This document shows positions 9,386 through 16,720 of a DNA stretch of 64,000 bases, piece after piece. A model generated the notes under the pieces. The model was not told the origin of the DNA. It made no database searches and worked only from the letters and a program-made list of their open reading frames with translations. The translations under genes and the position numbers were made by a program. How positions within the stretch are numbered: position 1 is the first letter of the stretch; every line of letters starts with the position of its first letter. The stretch is from Candidatus Wolfebacteria bacterium GW2011_GWB1_47_1 (GTDB lineage Bacteria > Patescibacteriota > Minisyncoccia > UBA6257 > UBA9933). The stretch is taken from the NCBI GenBank assembly GCA_001029635.1, contig CP011209.1, forward strand, positions 618,435 through 682,434, written 5' to 3'.

Positions 9386-10648
9386 ATGCATGGAGCATAT
9401 CACAAGGGAATAGCCCTTTACGTATTGGTCACGATCATGACAGGTTCTTTTGTTGTGGTTCGCGGAGCGGAAACGCCTCCAGAGATCAAGACAGCTATCG
9501 AAAAGAAACGTCAGGAAGAGCAAGAACTTGGCAATCAGATCAAGGCTGTACAGGGTGCGCTTGAAACGACCGCCGGTGAAAAACAGACGTTACAACGTGA
9601 ACTGACACAGATTAATAGTAACGTGAAACAACTTGACCTGGGTATCCGCTATAGTAAGACTGCCGCTGAAAAGCTCGGCTATGAGATACAAGATACACAG
9701 TATACCATTGAAGAATCGGAGGAACGGATCGAAATCCGTAAAAAGGATATTGCCGAGATGTTGAGACAGGTTCAGCAAAAGGATTATTCCGAAGGACCGC
9801 TCATGTCCATTTTAAAAGGTAAAAGTCTTACCGATGCCGTCGGTGAAATCCAGGCACTAATCGAATTTCAAGAGAATTTTTCCCAGGAGATTCGCGAGCT
9901 ACAGGGTTATACGGTCGAGCTCGATCAACACCTCAAGACCGCCGAAGAAAAGAAGCACCAGAAAGAGGTCGAGACCGAGAATTTTAAAAACAAAAAGGTT
10001 ATTCTCGATCAGACTAAACAATATCAGCAACAGCTACTTGCACAGACCAAAAACAAGGAGCAGATCTATCAGAACTCGCTTACCGAACTGAAGAAGAAAC
10101 AAGATCAGATCGATATCGAGATCGCACGTTTGGAATCCGAAGCGCGCAAGGATATTAACATTAGTGCATTGCCAAAGGTTGATACCGGACCGCTTATGAT
10201 GCCTGCGCAAGGAAGGCTTACGCAGGGGTATGGCGCTACGCCGTTCGCATTGCGTAGTTATGCCAGTAAGCGACACAATGGTATCGATATCGCTGCACCG
10301 ATCGGAACGCCGATCTATGCAGCGTCTGATGGGCGAGTCGTCGGGGTCGCTGATCAAGACTTATATTGTCGCAAAGGGGCCTATGGCAAATTTGTTGCCA
10401 TAACGCACTATAACGGATTGACCACGCTCTATGCCCATTTGTCCTTGTGGAAGGTCAGTGAAGGTCAAGAGGTAAAAAAAGGAGATGTAATCGGATATAT
10501 GGGTAGTACTGGATTTTCTACCGGATCACATCTGCATTTTACCGTGTATGCGACCCCAACGTTTAAGATAGCTCCTGCGGCGAAAAGCTGCGGACCGAAG
10601 ATGCCGTTTGGAGGGGATCTAAATCCGTTTGATTATTTGGCCAAATAA
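9386..10648 (+). CDS. M23-family metalloendopeptidase with N-terminal coiled-coil (EnvC/murein-hydrolase-activator-like)
   Basis: long coiled-coil region then M23 motifs HNGIDIAAP...GSTGFSTGSHLHF. Confidence 0.8.
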   Translation: MHGAYHKGIALYVLVTIMTGSFVVVRGAETPPEIKTAIEKKRQEEQELGNQIKAVQGALETTAGEKQTLQRELTQINSNVKQLDLGIRYSKTAAEKLGYEIQDTQYTIEESEERIEIRKKDIAEMLRQVQQKDYSEGPLMSILKGKSLTDAVGEIQALIEFQENFSQEIRELQGYTVELDQHLKTAEEKKHQKEVETENFKNKKVILDQTKQYQQQLLAQTKNKEQIYQNSLTELKKKQDQIDIEIARLESEARKDINISALPKVDTGPLMMPAQGRLTQGYGATPFALRSYASKRHNGIDIAAPIGTPIYAASDGRVVGVADQDLYCRKGAYGKFVAITHYNGLTTLYAHLSLWKVSEGQEVKKGDVIGYMGSTGFSTGSHLHFTVYATPTFKIAPAAKSCGPKMPFGGDLNPFDYLAK

Positions 10649-10656
10649 AAACTTTT

Positions 10657-10782
10657 AAAAACCTCAAAAATTAGCGAACTGCGGCGTTACGGGGCCCAGT
10701 TGTGACAGGCGCCGTACACGTAAGTGCGTTTTCTGTTACAACTTTCCCGTGCCTCGCATTTCATCTAATTTTTGAGGTTTTT
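10657..10782 (+). ncRNA. 126-nt rod-like element bounded by 18-bp perfect inverted repeats, followed by a U-tract
   Basis: left arm aaaaacctcaaaaattag 10657-10674; right arm ctaatttttgaggttttt 10765-10782; internal helices such as agttgtgacag/ctgttacaact. Confidence 0.4.
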
Positions 10783-10847
10783 TATTTTTATTCCGAAATG
10801 TTTTTAATATGACGAGTTGATATGTTGTCTGGTATACTTATATCCAT

Positions 10848-11018
10848 ATGACAGATCTCATCAATCAAATTTTTGACATTGCGAAAGGCATCGCGCGTGT
10901 CGTTGAAACAAGCCTTATCGGTCCGCTGACGATGATATTCAAGAGCCTTGGGTTGCTGTTTGTGAAGGTGTTTGAGCTGGGGCTCATGGCGGTCAAGTGG
11001 CTTATGGCTCAGCTATAA
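10848..11018 (+). CDS. small hypothetical protein (56 aa, amphipathic/hydrophobic: MTDLINQIFDIAKGIARVVETSLIGPLTMIFKSLGLLFVKVFELGLMAVKWLMAQL)
   Basis: ORF below the 60-aa track cutoff, followed at once by a strong terminator; no clear SD, so confidence is low. Confidence 0.35.
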   Translation: MTDLINQIFDIAKGIARVVETSLIGPLTMIFKSLGLLFVKVFELGLMAVKWLMAQL

Positions 11019-11021
11019 CAA

Positions 11022-11052
11022 CTGTAAAACAAAAAATTTGTTTTACAGTTTG
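11022..11052 (+). terminator. intrinsic terminator (ctgtaaaacaaa-aaat-ttgttttacag + tttg)
   Basis: 12-bp perfect stem and T-run. Confidence 0.7.
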
Positions 11053-11201
11053 AAATTATTTTAAAACGGCGCGATGTATATATGCGTTGCAAATCATCCT
11101 GCGCGGAAGCATAGAGCCTTCAAGGGGATTTTTTGATGGTCTCATAATAAGATGTAATGCATATGATCGATGGATATTAGTGTATTGCATAAACTACCCA
11201 T

Positions 11202-11239
11202 ATTATCTGTCGTGAAACCTTCATTTTGCGACAGATAAT
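11202..11239. repeat. 11-bp perfect inverted repeat attatctgtcg...cgacagataat with a 16-nt loop, downstream of the 11299..11742 gene
   Basis: seen directly; could be an operator or part of a terminator. Confidence 0.5.
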
Positions 11240-11298
11240 GTAGGACAAAAAAGCCCTTTCCTTTCGGATTGGGTCTTGTTTGTTTTACATTGGTATAT

Positions 11299-11742
11299 TT
11301 ATCTACCCCAACGATGTTTGGATGAGTTCCATGCCGACCATCCGATCTCTTCTTGAATAATAATGGCAAGCTCCAAACAATCTTTGTAATCGTTTTTATA
11401 ATCAAGATCCAGTCGTTGCGCCACGGCATCCCAGGACTCTTCGTTGATCTGTGCGAGACAATAGTCGCCCGTCTTCCGGTTGATCGCCTCCTGTTTCCAT
11501 TCCGATTCGGCCGAAATGACGCGATTCCACTGTTTGTACTCCTTGACGCCTACTTGCTGTATTAAATACACCTTTGCATCCTCTTGGGCGGTCAATGGGC
11601 GGAGTTGTACCGATCCTCCTGGTTTCGGTATCTCGTATTGAGCGATAGCGGTCATGGTATTGGATAATAATGTAGTCATTATCATCCCTATCAACGCGAC
11701 AAGCGCCTTTTTATTGTAGTGTTTCATAATCCGCGGTCTCAC
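11299..11742 (-). CDS. secreted lytic-transglycosylase-like (SLT/lysozyme-like) protein
   Basis: N-terminal signal peptide; ...AESEW...GDYCLAQINEESW resembles the SLT catalytic E-S ... G-L-M-Q-I region. Confidence 0.45.
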   Translation of the reverse strand: MRPRIMKHYNKKALVALIGMIMTTLLSNTMTAIAQYEIPKPGGSVQLRPLTAQEDAKVYLIQQVGVKEYKQWNRVISAESEWKQEAINRKTGDYCLAQINEESWDAVAQRLDLDYKNDYKDCLELAIIIQEEIGWSAWNSSKHRWGR

Positions 11743-11828
11743 CCGCGCGTAGCACCTCGTGCAGCAATCTCCTTCACACGCTCATCTATTCAGTAGTTAT
11801 GGTTTAATTAAAGCATATTTATTATATC

Positions 11829-12644
11829 TTGTCAATATTTCGATACATGGGCGATTTTGCTATACTATTGCAAACTTATAACCGTATGTATTACAAAACA
11901 GGAGAAGAATTCAAGGAAGTTTCTGGCTATGATCTTGAGCGCGGATGGTATCCTCGTGTGACAAAGATTTTGGAGATTAAATCAAAACCTGCATTGTATA
12001 AATTCTATGGAGAGCTTAGTAGTTTTGATGAGGGTGAGATAATCAAAGAAAAATCCGCTTCGGAAGGGACTATGGTGCATGAGGCATGTCAGGCAATTTT
12101 GCTTGGTCAATCCCCTTCTATTGATCCTTTGATTCAGCCGGCAGTTGACGCGTTTGTCTCCTTTATCGACCATACACCGATTCATACATCAGCTGATTTC
12201 ATCGAACGACGCATTATTAACCATGGCGAGCGGTATACCGGAACCATCGATGCATTAGCGTTGATCAATGGTAACTATGGTGTATTGGACATCAAAACGT
12301 CTCAGTCAATCTATCGCGACTACAACTTGCAGACAGCCGCGTATATGGGCGCACTTGAAAAACAATTTCCGAAGTTGCAAACCCGATGGATCTTACGTAT
12401 TGATCAGGCAAAAGAATGCAGCAAGTGTGGCGCATCGCTGCGACAGAAAGGCGGGCGTGATAAGGTGCGCGCCGGGTTTGGTAAAGGCGATCCGAAATGC
12501 GAGCACGAATGGTCCGAGATGAAGGGTTCTATTGAGTTGAAGGAATTTCCGTATTGGCAGAATGACTACAAGGCATTCCTTGCTGCAAAGAAACTTTGGG
12601 AATGGGAAAATGATTATTGGTTACGTCAGATCGGATATTTGTGA
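11829..12644 (+). CDS. PD-(D/E)XK (RecB/Cas4-like) nuclease with C-terminal Cys zinc-ribbon
   Basis: GTIDALAL...VLDIKTS (D...D-x-K), QTAAY (QxxxY) motif, CSKCG...C.H cluster; the true start may be the internal ATG near 11847. Confidence 0.5.
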   Translation: MSIFRYMGDFAILLQTYNRMYYKTGEEFKEVSGYDLERGWYPRVTKILEIKSKPALYKFYGELSSFDEGEIIKEKSASEGTMVHEACQAILLGQSPSIDPLIQPAVDAFVSFIDHTPIHTSADFIERRIINHGERYTGTIDALALINGNYGVLDIKTSQSIYRDYNLQTAAYMGALEKQFPKLQTRWILRIDQAKECSKCGASLRQKGGRDKVRAGFGKGDPKCEHEWSEMKGSIELKEFPYWQNDYKAFLAAKKLWEWENDYWLRQIGYL

Positions 12645-12685
12645 GAAGGAACGTAGGAAAAAGGAATAGGGAATAAGAAAAAAGA

Positions 12686-12706
12686 AGGCCCGCGTGTGCG
12701 GGCCTT
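12686..12706. terminator. bidirectional terminator hairpin aaggcccgc-gtgt-gcgggcctt between convergent genes
   Basis: A-run before, T-run after. Confidence 0.65.
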
Positions 12707-12724
12707 TTAATTTGACTAGCTCTC

Positions 12725-13177
12725 TCAGTTCTTTTCGAACTTGCTCAAATCGAGCATTTTGAGGGCCATATCCAGGTAGCGGAGGTGTGGGGGGAAAATT
12801 CTTGACCGCATCGACCGCACCTTTTTCAACGTGAGAACGTGGACGATTTCAGTCACTCTCCCAGCCTCGTCCTCGTTTTGCTTCTTGAGCGTTTTTGGGA
12901 GGCGTGCTATCTGCGCCAGGAAGATCCCCGAGGTGTGTGTCGGTAGTACTCTAGGCTTGTCGATGAGTCGCATGTTCTCGGGTGCAACATGTACCCCGGT
13001 CTCCTCGTTAAGCTCCCGCTCGAAGCACTCCTCGAGTGAGTCGTCTTCGGGCTCCCCGTGTCCGCCCGGGAATTCGAGGCCACGCCCCTTTCCCGGCTTT
13101 TCGATGAACACGATCCCCTCCGGAGCGAGGACCATACCATACGCTCCGAATCTTCTTCCATCTGCTTGTTCTGCCAT
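12725..13177 (-). CDS. NUDIX hydrolase
   Basis: Nudix box GGHGEPEDDSLEECFERELNEETGV (Gx5Ex7REUxEExGU). Confidence 0.85.
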   Translation of the reverse strand: MAEQADGRRFGAYGMVLAPEGIVFIEKPGKGRGLEFPGGHGEPEDDSLEECFERELNEETGVHVAPENMRLIDKPRVLPTHTSGIFLAQIARLPKTLKKQNEDEAGRVTEIVHVLTLKKVRSMRSRIFPPHLRYLDMALKMLDLSKFEKN

Positions 13178-13254
13178 TTCCTCGCTCCTTCGCTACATAA
13201 TTTGAAATCTTCTGGATTTATATAAACACTTTAATCACAATTTGTCAATATCTC

Positions 13255-13285
13255 AAAAAAGGAGCCTAGAGGCTCCTGTGTTTTT
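13255..13285. terminator. bidirectional terminator ggagcc-taga-ggctcc with flanking A/T runs
   Basis: seen in sequence. Confidence 0.6.
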
Positions 13286-13287
13286 GC

Positions 13288-14009
13288 TTACGATTCGATC
13301 CATGAGGTTCTCCCGCGGAATGCATTACGCGGGAGGTCGTCCGGTAGGATGAGTGCCAATGCGAGGATCATATCGGCAATGTCATGCGCGAAGAAATCCA
13401 GTTCCGGTCCGCTCCAGCAAGGGTGTATGAAATCGGAGTCGAGGATCTTGAGCGTTTCTTGGAGTCTTTGTGCATTACCACCCCACCGTAGTAGCGCATT
13501 ATGTACCGTCACTGCGTCGCACACATTACGCGCAACGATGTATAGATGTTTTTCAGAAAACTTTTTGTCTGCTCGCTCGAGCGTGCGTGCCATTGTCTGC
13601 CCGCCCGTCAGGATGGATATCTCGCTTAACGCTCCCGTTTCGGAAACCTCTTTTTCCATTACCCTAACGAGGAATGCAATGATCTCTACGGCAAATAGAT
13701 CTGCCACGTATCCCCTTCCCATTGGTCCCAATTCGAATACCATGTGGTCGCCTCCTTTCTTTAGCAAAAGGTCGATCGAGTTGCTCGATGGAGATGCGTA
13801 TGTATTGGCGAGCCTTGTGTGATGACAATCGCCTTGATAAATACCTCTGCAACTTCTTCCGTTACGATATCGAGATCCCCCTCCCAATCCGGGTCGGCGT
13901 ATTTTTGGTCAAGCACCTTGATTATCATGGCTATCAGGTTTTGATTGCATGCGTATTCCGCCAATAGGACTTCCATATCATACCCTTCGGTCGCCGTACC
14001 CACGCACAT
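13288..14009 (-). pseudogene. probable frameshifted gene: Rossmann-like LOG/TIGR00730-family (lysine-decarboxylase-like) or RpiB-like protein split over two overlapping frames
   Basis: N-terminal frame 14009-13761 (MCVGTATEGYDMEVLLAEYACNQNLIA...) and C-terminal frame 13887-13288 (…LLLKKGGDHMVFELGPMGRGYVA…ISILTGGQTMARTLE…EKHLYIVARNV…) overlap by 127 nt; GGxxGxMG and PGGxGT-like motifs only in the second frame. Confidence 0.35.
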
Positions 14010-14033
14010 GACGAATGTGCCTACTTTTTTCTG

Positions 14034-14237
14034 TTACCCCTGTTGTTTTACGCGTGCTCCGATGATACCGTACTTATCCACAATGATTCGCACATTGCCA
14101 ATGGTTTCATCAGGGTCATCGTATGGCCTATCGGCAATGCGAGCCTCGAGTGATTCCAAAAGGGTTTCAATGCAGCTTTTTATAACCTCGGTTGGACTTG
14201 CGCCTCTGCGTTCTGTATCTGTCGAATCGGTACTCAT
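14034..14237 (-). CDS. hypothetical small acidic protein (67 aa)
   Basis: ORF only. Confidence 0.25.
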   Translation of the reverse strand: MSTDSTDTERRGASPTEVIKSCIETLLESLEARIADRPYDDPDETIGNVRIIVDKYGIIGARVKQQG

Positions 14238-14292
14238 TCGCGCACCTCCCTAGAGAAATTGTCATTGTTCTGCCTTTAGTCTATCGATAAAC

Positions 14293-14475
14293 TTACCGCT
14301 GCGTCAATTCGCACCGGTTAATGATGATCGGGGCTCGCTCCCCATCCTTCCCGATAATAACGCCAAGTGCGAAGCTTAACGTAGTTGCCAGAATCAAGAG
14401 TCCAGCGACGGCGATTTTTTGTTTGTGCTGTCCAACGGTTGTTTTGTAGTAAAAAACCTGGTCGTTAATGGTCAT
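14293..14475 (-). CDS. hypothetical small membrane protein (60 aa, one TM)
   Basis: ORF only. Confidence 0.25.
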   Translation of the reverse strand: MTINDQVFYYKTTVGQHKQKIAVAGLLILATTLSFALGVIIGKDGERAPIIINRCELTQR

Positions 14476-14526
14476 ATGCCTTTATTCTATGCGGTTTACG
14501 TCTTCTTGCTGTGGCCTTCTGCCCCG

Positions 14527-14556
14527 TTGACAGAATGTTTTATTATACGGTATACT
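14527..14556 (+). promoter_or_regulatory. sigma-70-like promoter for rpmA (TTGACA-N18-TATACT)
   Basis: -35 at 14527-14532, -10 at 14551-14556. Confidence 0.55.
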
Positions 14557-14584
14557 GGGGTGTAACAAAAGTAATACAGATATT

Positions 14585-14630
14585 GATCATACGGCGCACG
14601 ACTCTGAACCGCCTTATGATCCTTTTTTCT
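14585..14630 (+). promoter_or_regulatory. terminator-like hairpin plus U-run in the rpmA 5' leader (possible attenuator or ribosomal-protein autoregulatory leader)
   Basis: gatcata...tatgatc 7-bp stem followed by cttttttct, 10 nt before the rpmA ATG. Confidence 0.4.
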
Positions 14631-14640
14631 CTCAGGATAT

Positions 14641-14934
14641 ATGGCACATACCAAAGCCAAGGGGTCTACTAAAAATGGCCGAGACTCCCAGGCACAACGA
14701 TTAGGAGTAAAGCGACAGCACGGCCAGACTGTCGGCGCAGGTGAGATCTTGATCCGCCAGCGTGGAACTAAATATTTGCCGGGTCTCAATGTTGCCCGCG
14801 CAAAGGATGACACCTTGTACGCGATGATCCCGGGAACCCTTCAGTTCTTGTCACGCACCAAGATTAAGTTTGACGGAAACAAGCGAAGCGTAAAAGTTTT
14901 GACCATTGTTCCGAAGACTGTTGTCGAGGCATAA
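14641..14934 (+). CDS. rpmA: 50S ribosomal protein L27
   Basis: [25 protein letters not shown]...[11 protein letters not shown]. Confidence 0.9.
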   Translation: MAHTKAKGSTKNGRDSQAQRLGVKRQHGQTVGAGEILIRQRGTKYLPGLNVARAKDDTLYAMIPGTLQFLSRTKIKFDGNKRSVKVLTIVPKTVVEA

Positions 14935-14946
14935 TGTGATATTATG

Positions 14947-14980
14947 AAAAATCCGCCTTTCAGTTGATGGGCGGATTTTT
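14947..14980 (+). terminator. intrinsic terminator after rpmA (aaaaatccgcc...ggcggattttt)
   Basis: hairpin and T-run. Confidence 0.75.
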
Positions 14981-15010
14981 GTGTCTTCATTTTCTTAAAA
15001 AACGTTTTCT

Positions 15011-15032
15011 GTACTTTTTCTGGAAAAAGTAC
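15011..15032. other. second hairpin gtacttttt-ctgg-aaaaagtac
   Basis: 9-bp perfect stem. Confidence 0.4.
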
Positions 15033-15143
15033 CAAAAAGCCTGCGAGCGAAATAAAAAAGCGGAATGCCTTTAAAAATTCCTTACGAAGTCCGAGGGTGC
15101 GCCCGTTTATCAACGGGTCCCCGCACCTCGGATTCTGTGGGAA

Positions 15144-15490
15144 TTTTTTGCGTTCATTCTGGTCGCTTTTTTACAGCTCGCGCCCGGATGTGAGGAGGTT
15201 TTCTTTGTCTATTTAATCCTTGTTTTTATATGATCGCAACATCGAATACGAGAATTTTTCTTCGTTCATTTATACTTTATTTTTACAACTCGCATTGGAA
15301 TGCGGGGAGATTTTCTTCGCCTATCTTCACGCCGTTTTTACATGCTCGCAGGTGCGAATGCGATTCAAGAATTTTTTTTGCCTTCATTGCGCAGCAGATT
15401 TTATTTTTCGTGTGCGCGTTGTCATCCGGCCCTTTATTTTTCATGCCGCTTGCCACGTGGAACATAATCATTTTTTTTATGTTGCTACCG
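15144..15490. repeat. array of about 6-7 degenerate tandem repeats, period 55-57 bp (T-rich half tttttcttcg.ttcatt..., then tttttaca.ctcgc plus a 15-17 nt GC-rich variable segment)
   Basis: unit starts near 15144, 15199, 15255, 15311, 15372 and 15437; lies between the rpmA terminators and the terminator of the minus-strand membrane gene; preceded by a nested hairpin at 15091-15131. Confidence 0.8.
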
Positions 15491-15491
15491 T

Positions 15492-15519
15492 AAAAAAAGA
15501 GCTGCGGCGTTGCAGCTCT
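15492..15519 (-). terminator. intrinsic terminator of the 15556..16209 gene (agagctgc-ggcgt-tgcagctct + T7 on minus)
   Basis: seen in sequence. Confidence 0.7.
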
Positions 15520-15555
15520 TTCTGTGTCTACGGGATGTTTTTTAGTTATGCCGAT

Positions 15556-16209
15556 TTACGATGACATCGGCTGAATTTCTTCTCGTGAGGAATCCGGTCG
15601 CCTTCCGTACTTTACGTAGAGAAACACAAGCAACCGCGCAACGAGGGCCACCCCCAGCACCTCCATTAAGAAGGTAAGGCCACTTACGGTCGCCTGTTCT
15701 CCTAGAAACGATAAGCCACTGATAAGAACATACCCAAAGACCGCGCAGGTGGTGGCTCCGCATAACATGATCGATTTCAGGGTTTCGCAGAATATCGAAA
15801 ATAGCAGGAACACGGGCATGGAAATCAGGATTAACATGGTGATGAACCACTCCGGGCGATCCGATCGCTGCGGCTCCTTGAGCTTCGGGATGAAACGCCC
15901 ATCTTGATAGCTGTAGGTGATTTCGGTTATTTCCGTTATCTGCCTGAGCGGTAATCCGAATTGTAGATCTATCGCAACTTCTTTGCCGGTCCAGCTTGCT
16001 CCTTTTCCGAATTGCTTCAGTCGGTAGGCTGTTGCCAGAGGCAGGTCCTTTGGAACATCGTTGATCATCTCGATCACTCTTTCGCCTTGGCTCACCACTA
16101 CGGCGTTTTTTACCCGCTGAAAGGACAATTCCTGATCAGCCGCAGCTAAGGCAAAACCTGAAACAGGTATACTTACCAGCAAGATTGCCATCAAAATTAT
16201 TGTTCTCAT
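15556..16209 (-). CDS. membrane protein: signal peptide, extracytoplasmic domain of about 110 aa, three C-terminal TM helices; unknown function
   Basis: SD GGGAGGGG at 16216-16226, which fits the second ATG at 16209 better than the track start at 16215. Confidence 0.55.
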   Translation of the reverse strand: MRTIILMAILLVSIPVSGFALAAADQELSFQRVKNAVVVSQGERVIEMINDVPKDLPLATAYRLKQFGKGASWTGKEVAIDLQFGLPLRQITEITEITYSYQDGRFIPKLKEPQRSDRPEWFITMLILISMPVFLLFSIFCETLKSIMLCGATTCAVFGYVLISGLSFLGEQATVSGLTFLMEVLGVALVARLLVFLYVKYGRRPDSSREEIQPMSS

Positions 16210-16312
16210 CGCCATCCCCTCCCTATCCTTTTAGTATGGTGTACTGAAAACAAAATTGCACATACCTGTTATTTTGTCAATCTCCAGCTTACGGAATGTG
16301 CTCGAGGTATTT

Positions 16313-16342
16313 TTGACTTTTTGTTGGATAGGCTTATATACT
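16313..16342 (+). promoter_or_regulatory. sigma-70-like promoter of the mini-ORF pair (TTGACT-N18-TATACT)
   Basis: -35 at 16313-16318, -10 at 16337-16342. Confidence 0.5.
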
Positions 16343-16390
16343 GGGGGTAGATTCTTTATCATTCGTCATTCTTAGTGAGGAGGTTTGAAA

Positions 16391-16534
16391 ATGTTTTCGA
16401 TACCGGGTGGCTTGGCAGAGCGATTGGGATTCCCTTCGTTCAATATCAATCTTGACCTCGATGATATCGCTGACGTCAGCGAGGAAGCAGCTGCTCACGT
16501 GTCAGTGAATCCCCGATTCGCCAGAAGGAGGTAG
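16391..16534 (+). CDS. small acidic peptide, 47 aa (MFSIPGGLAERLGFPSFNINLDLDDIADVSEEAAAHVSVNPRFARRR); leader-peptide-like
   Basis: strong SD GAGGAGG 7 nt upstream of the ATG; ends at TAG 16532-16534; below the track size cutoff. Confidence 0.55.
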   Translation: MFSIPGGLAERLGFPSFNINLDLDDIADVSEEAAAHVSVNPRFARRR

Positions 16535-16540
16535 TCTGAT

Positions 16541-16696
16541 ATGCTTATGCGAATTAAGCGTGGAGGAAAGATGGTTTTTATCCGCACTCAGCCTGCTCCG
16601 AGGACAAAGTGTTCGTGCGGTAAATTGGGGTGTTGCTGTGGCGCTGTTGATCTCTCGGCGCGTCCCTGGACAGGATATGGGTATCCCCATAGGTAA
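16541..16696 (+). CDS. small basic Cys-rich peptide, 51 aa (MLMRIKRGGKMVFIRTQPAPRTKCSCGKLGCCCGAVDLSARPWTGYGYPHR)
   Basis: SD AGGAGG 9 nt upstream; same reading frame as the preceding ORF, separated from it only by TAG plus 2 codons; 5 Cys within 10 residues. Confidence 0.55.
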   Translation: MLMRIKRGGKMVFIRTQPAPRTKCSCGKLGCCCGAVDLSARPWTGYGYPHR

Positions 16697-16720
16697 GCCG
16701 CCGCATTACTTTTTATGACA

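Noticed and set aside
10657-10782. The long hairpin as small SRP (4.5S) RNA
   Set aside because: It lacks the conserved domain-IV motifs (GGAA/AGCA symmetric loop, GNRA tetraloop context).
13349-13822. Plus-strand ORFs antisense to the frameshifted gene, and many similar antisense or alternative-frame ORFs in the track
   Set aside because: The translations are Ser/Arg/Ala-rich and low in complexity, typical of the reverse strand of real genes. Examples are 33635..34786 (+) inside the P-type ATPase gene, 41723..42323 (+) inside the HlyD gene and 17275..17664 (+) inside ctpA. No independent start or SD signals support them.
14841-15113. 90-aa minus-strand ORF overlapping the rpmA 3' end and terminators
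   Set aside because: It runs through two intrinsic terminators and the repeat array. It is a non-coding frame.
15144-15490. The 56-bp tandem array as a CRISPR array
   Set aside because: The repeats are degenerate rather than exact, the unit length is short, and there are no cas genes or leader in the window. Kept as an unexplained repeat array instead.
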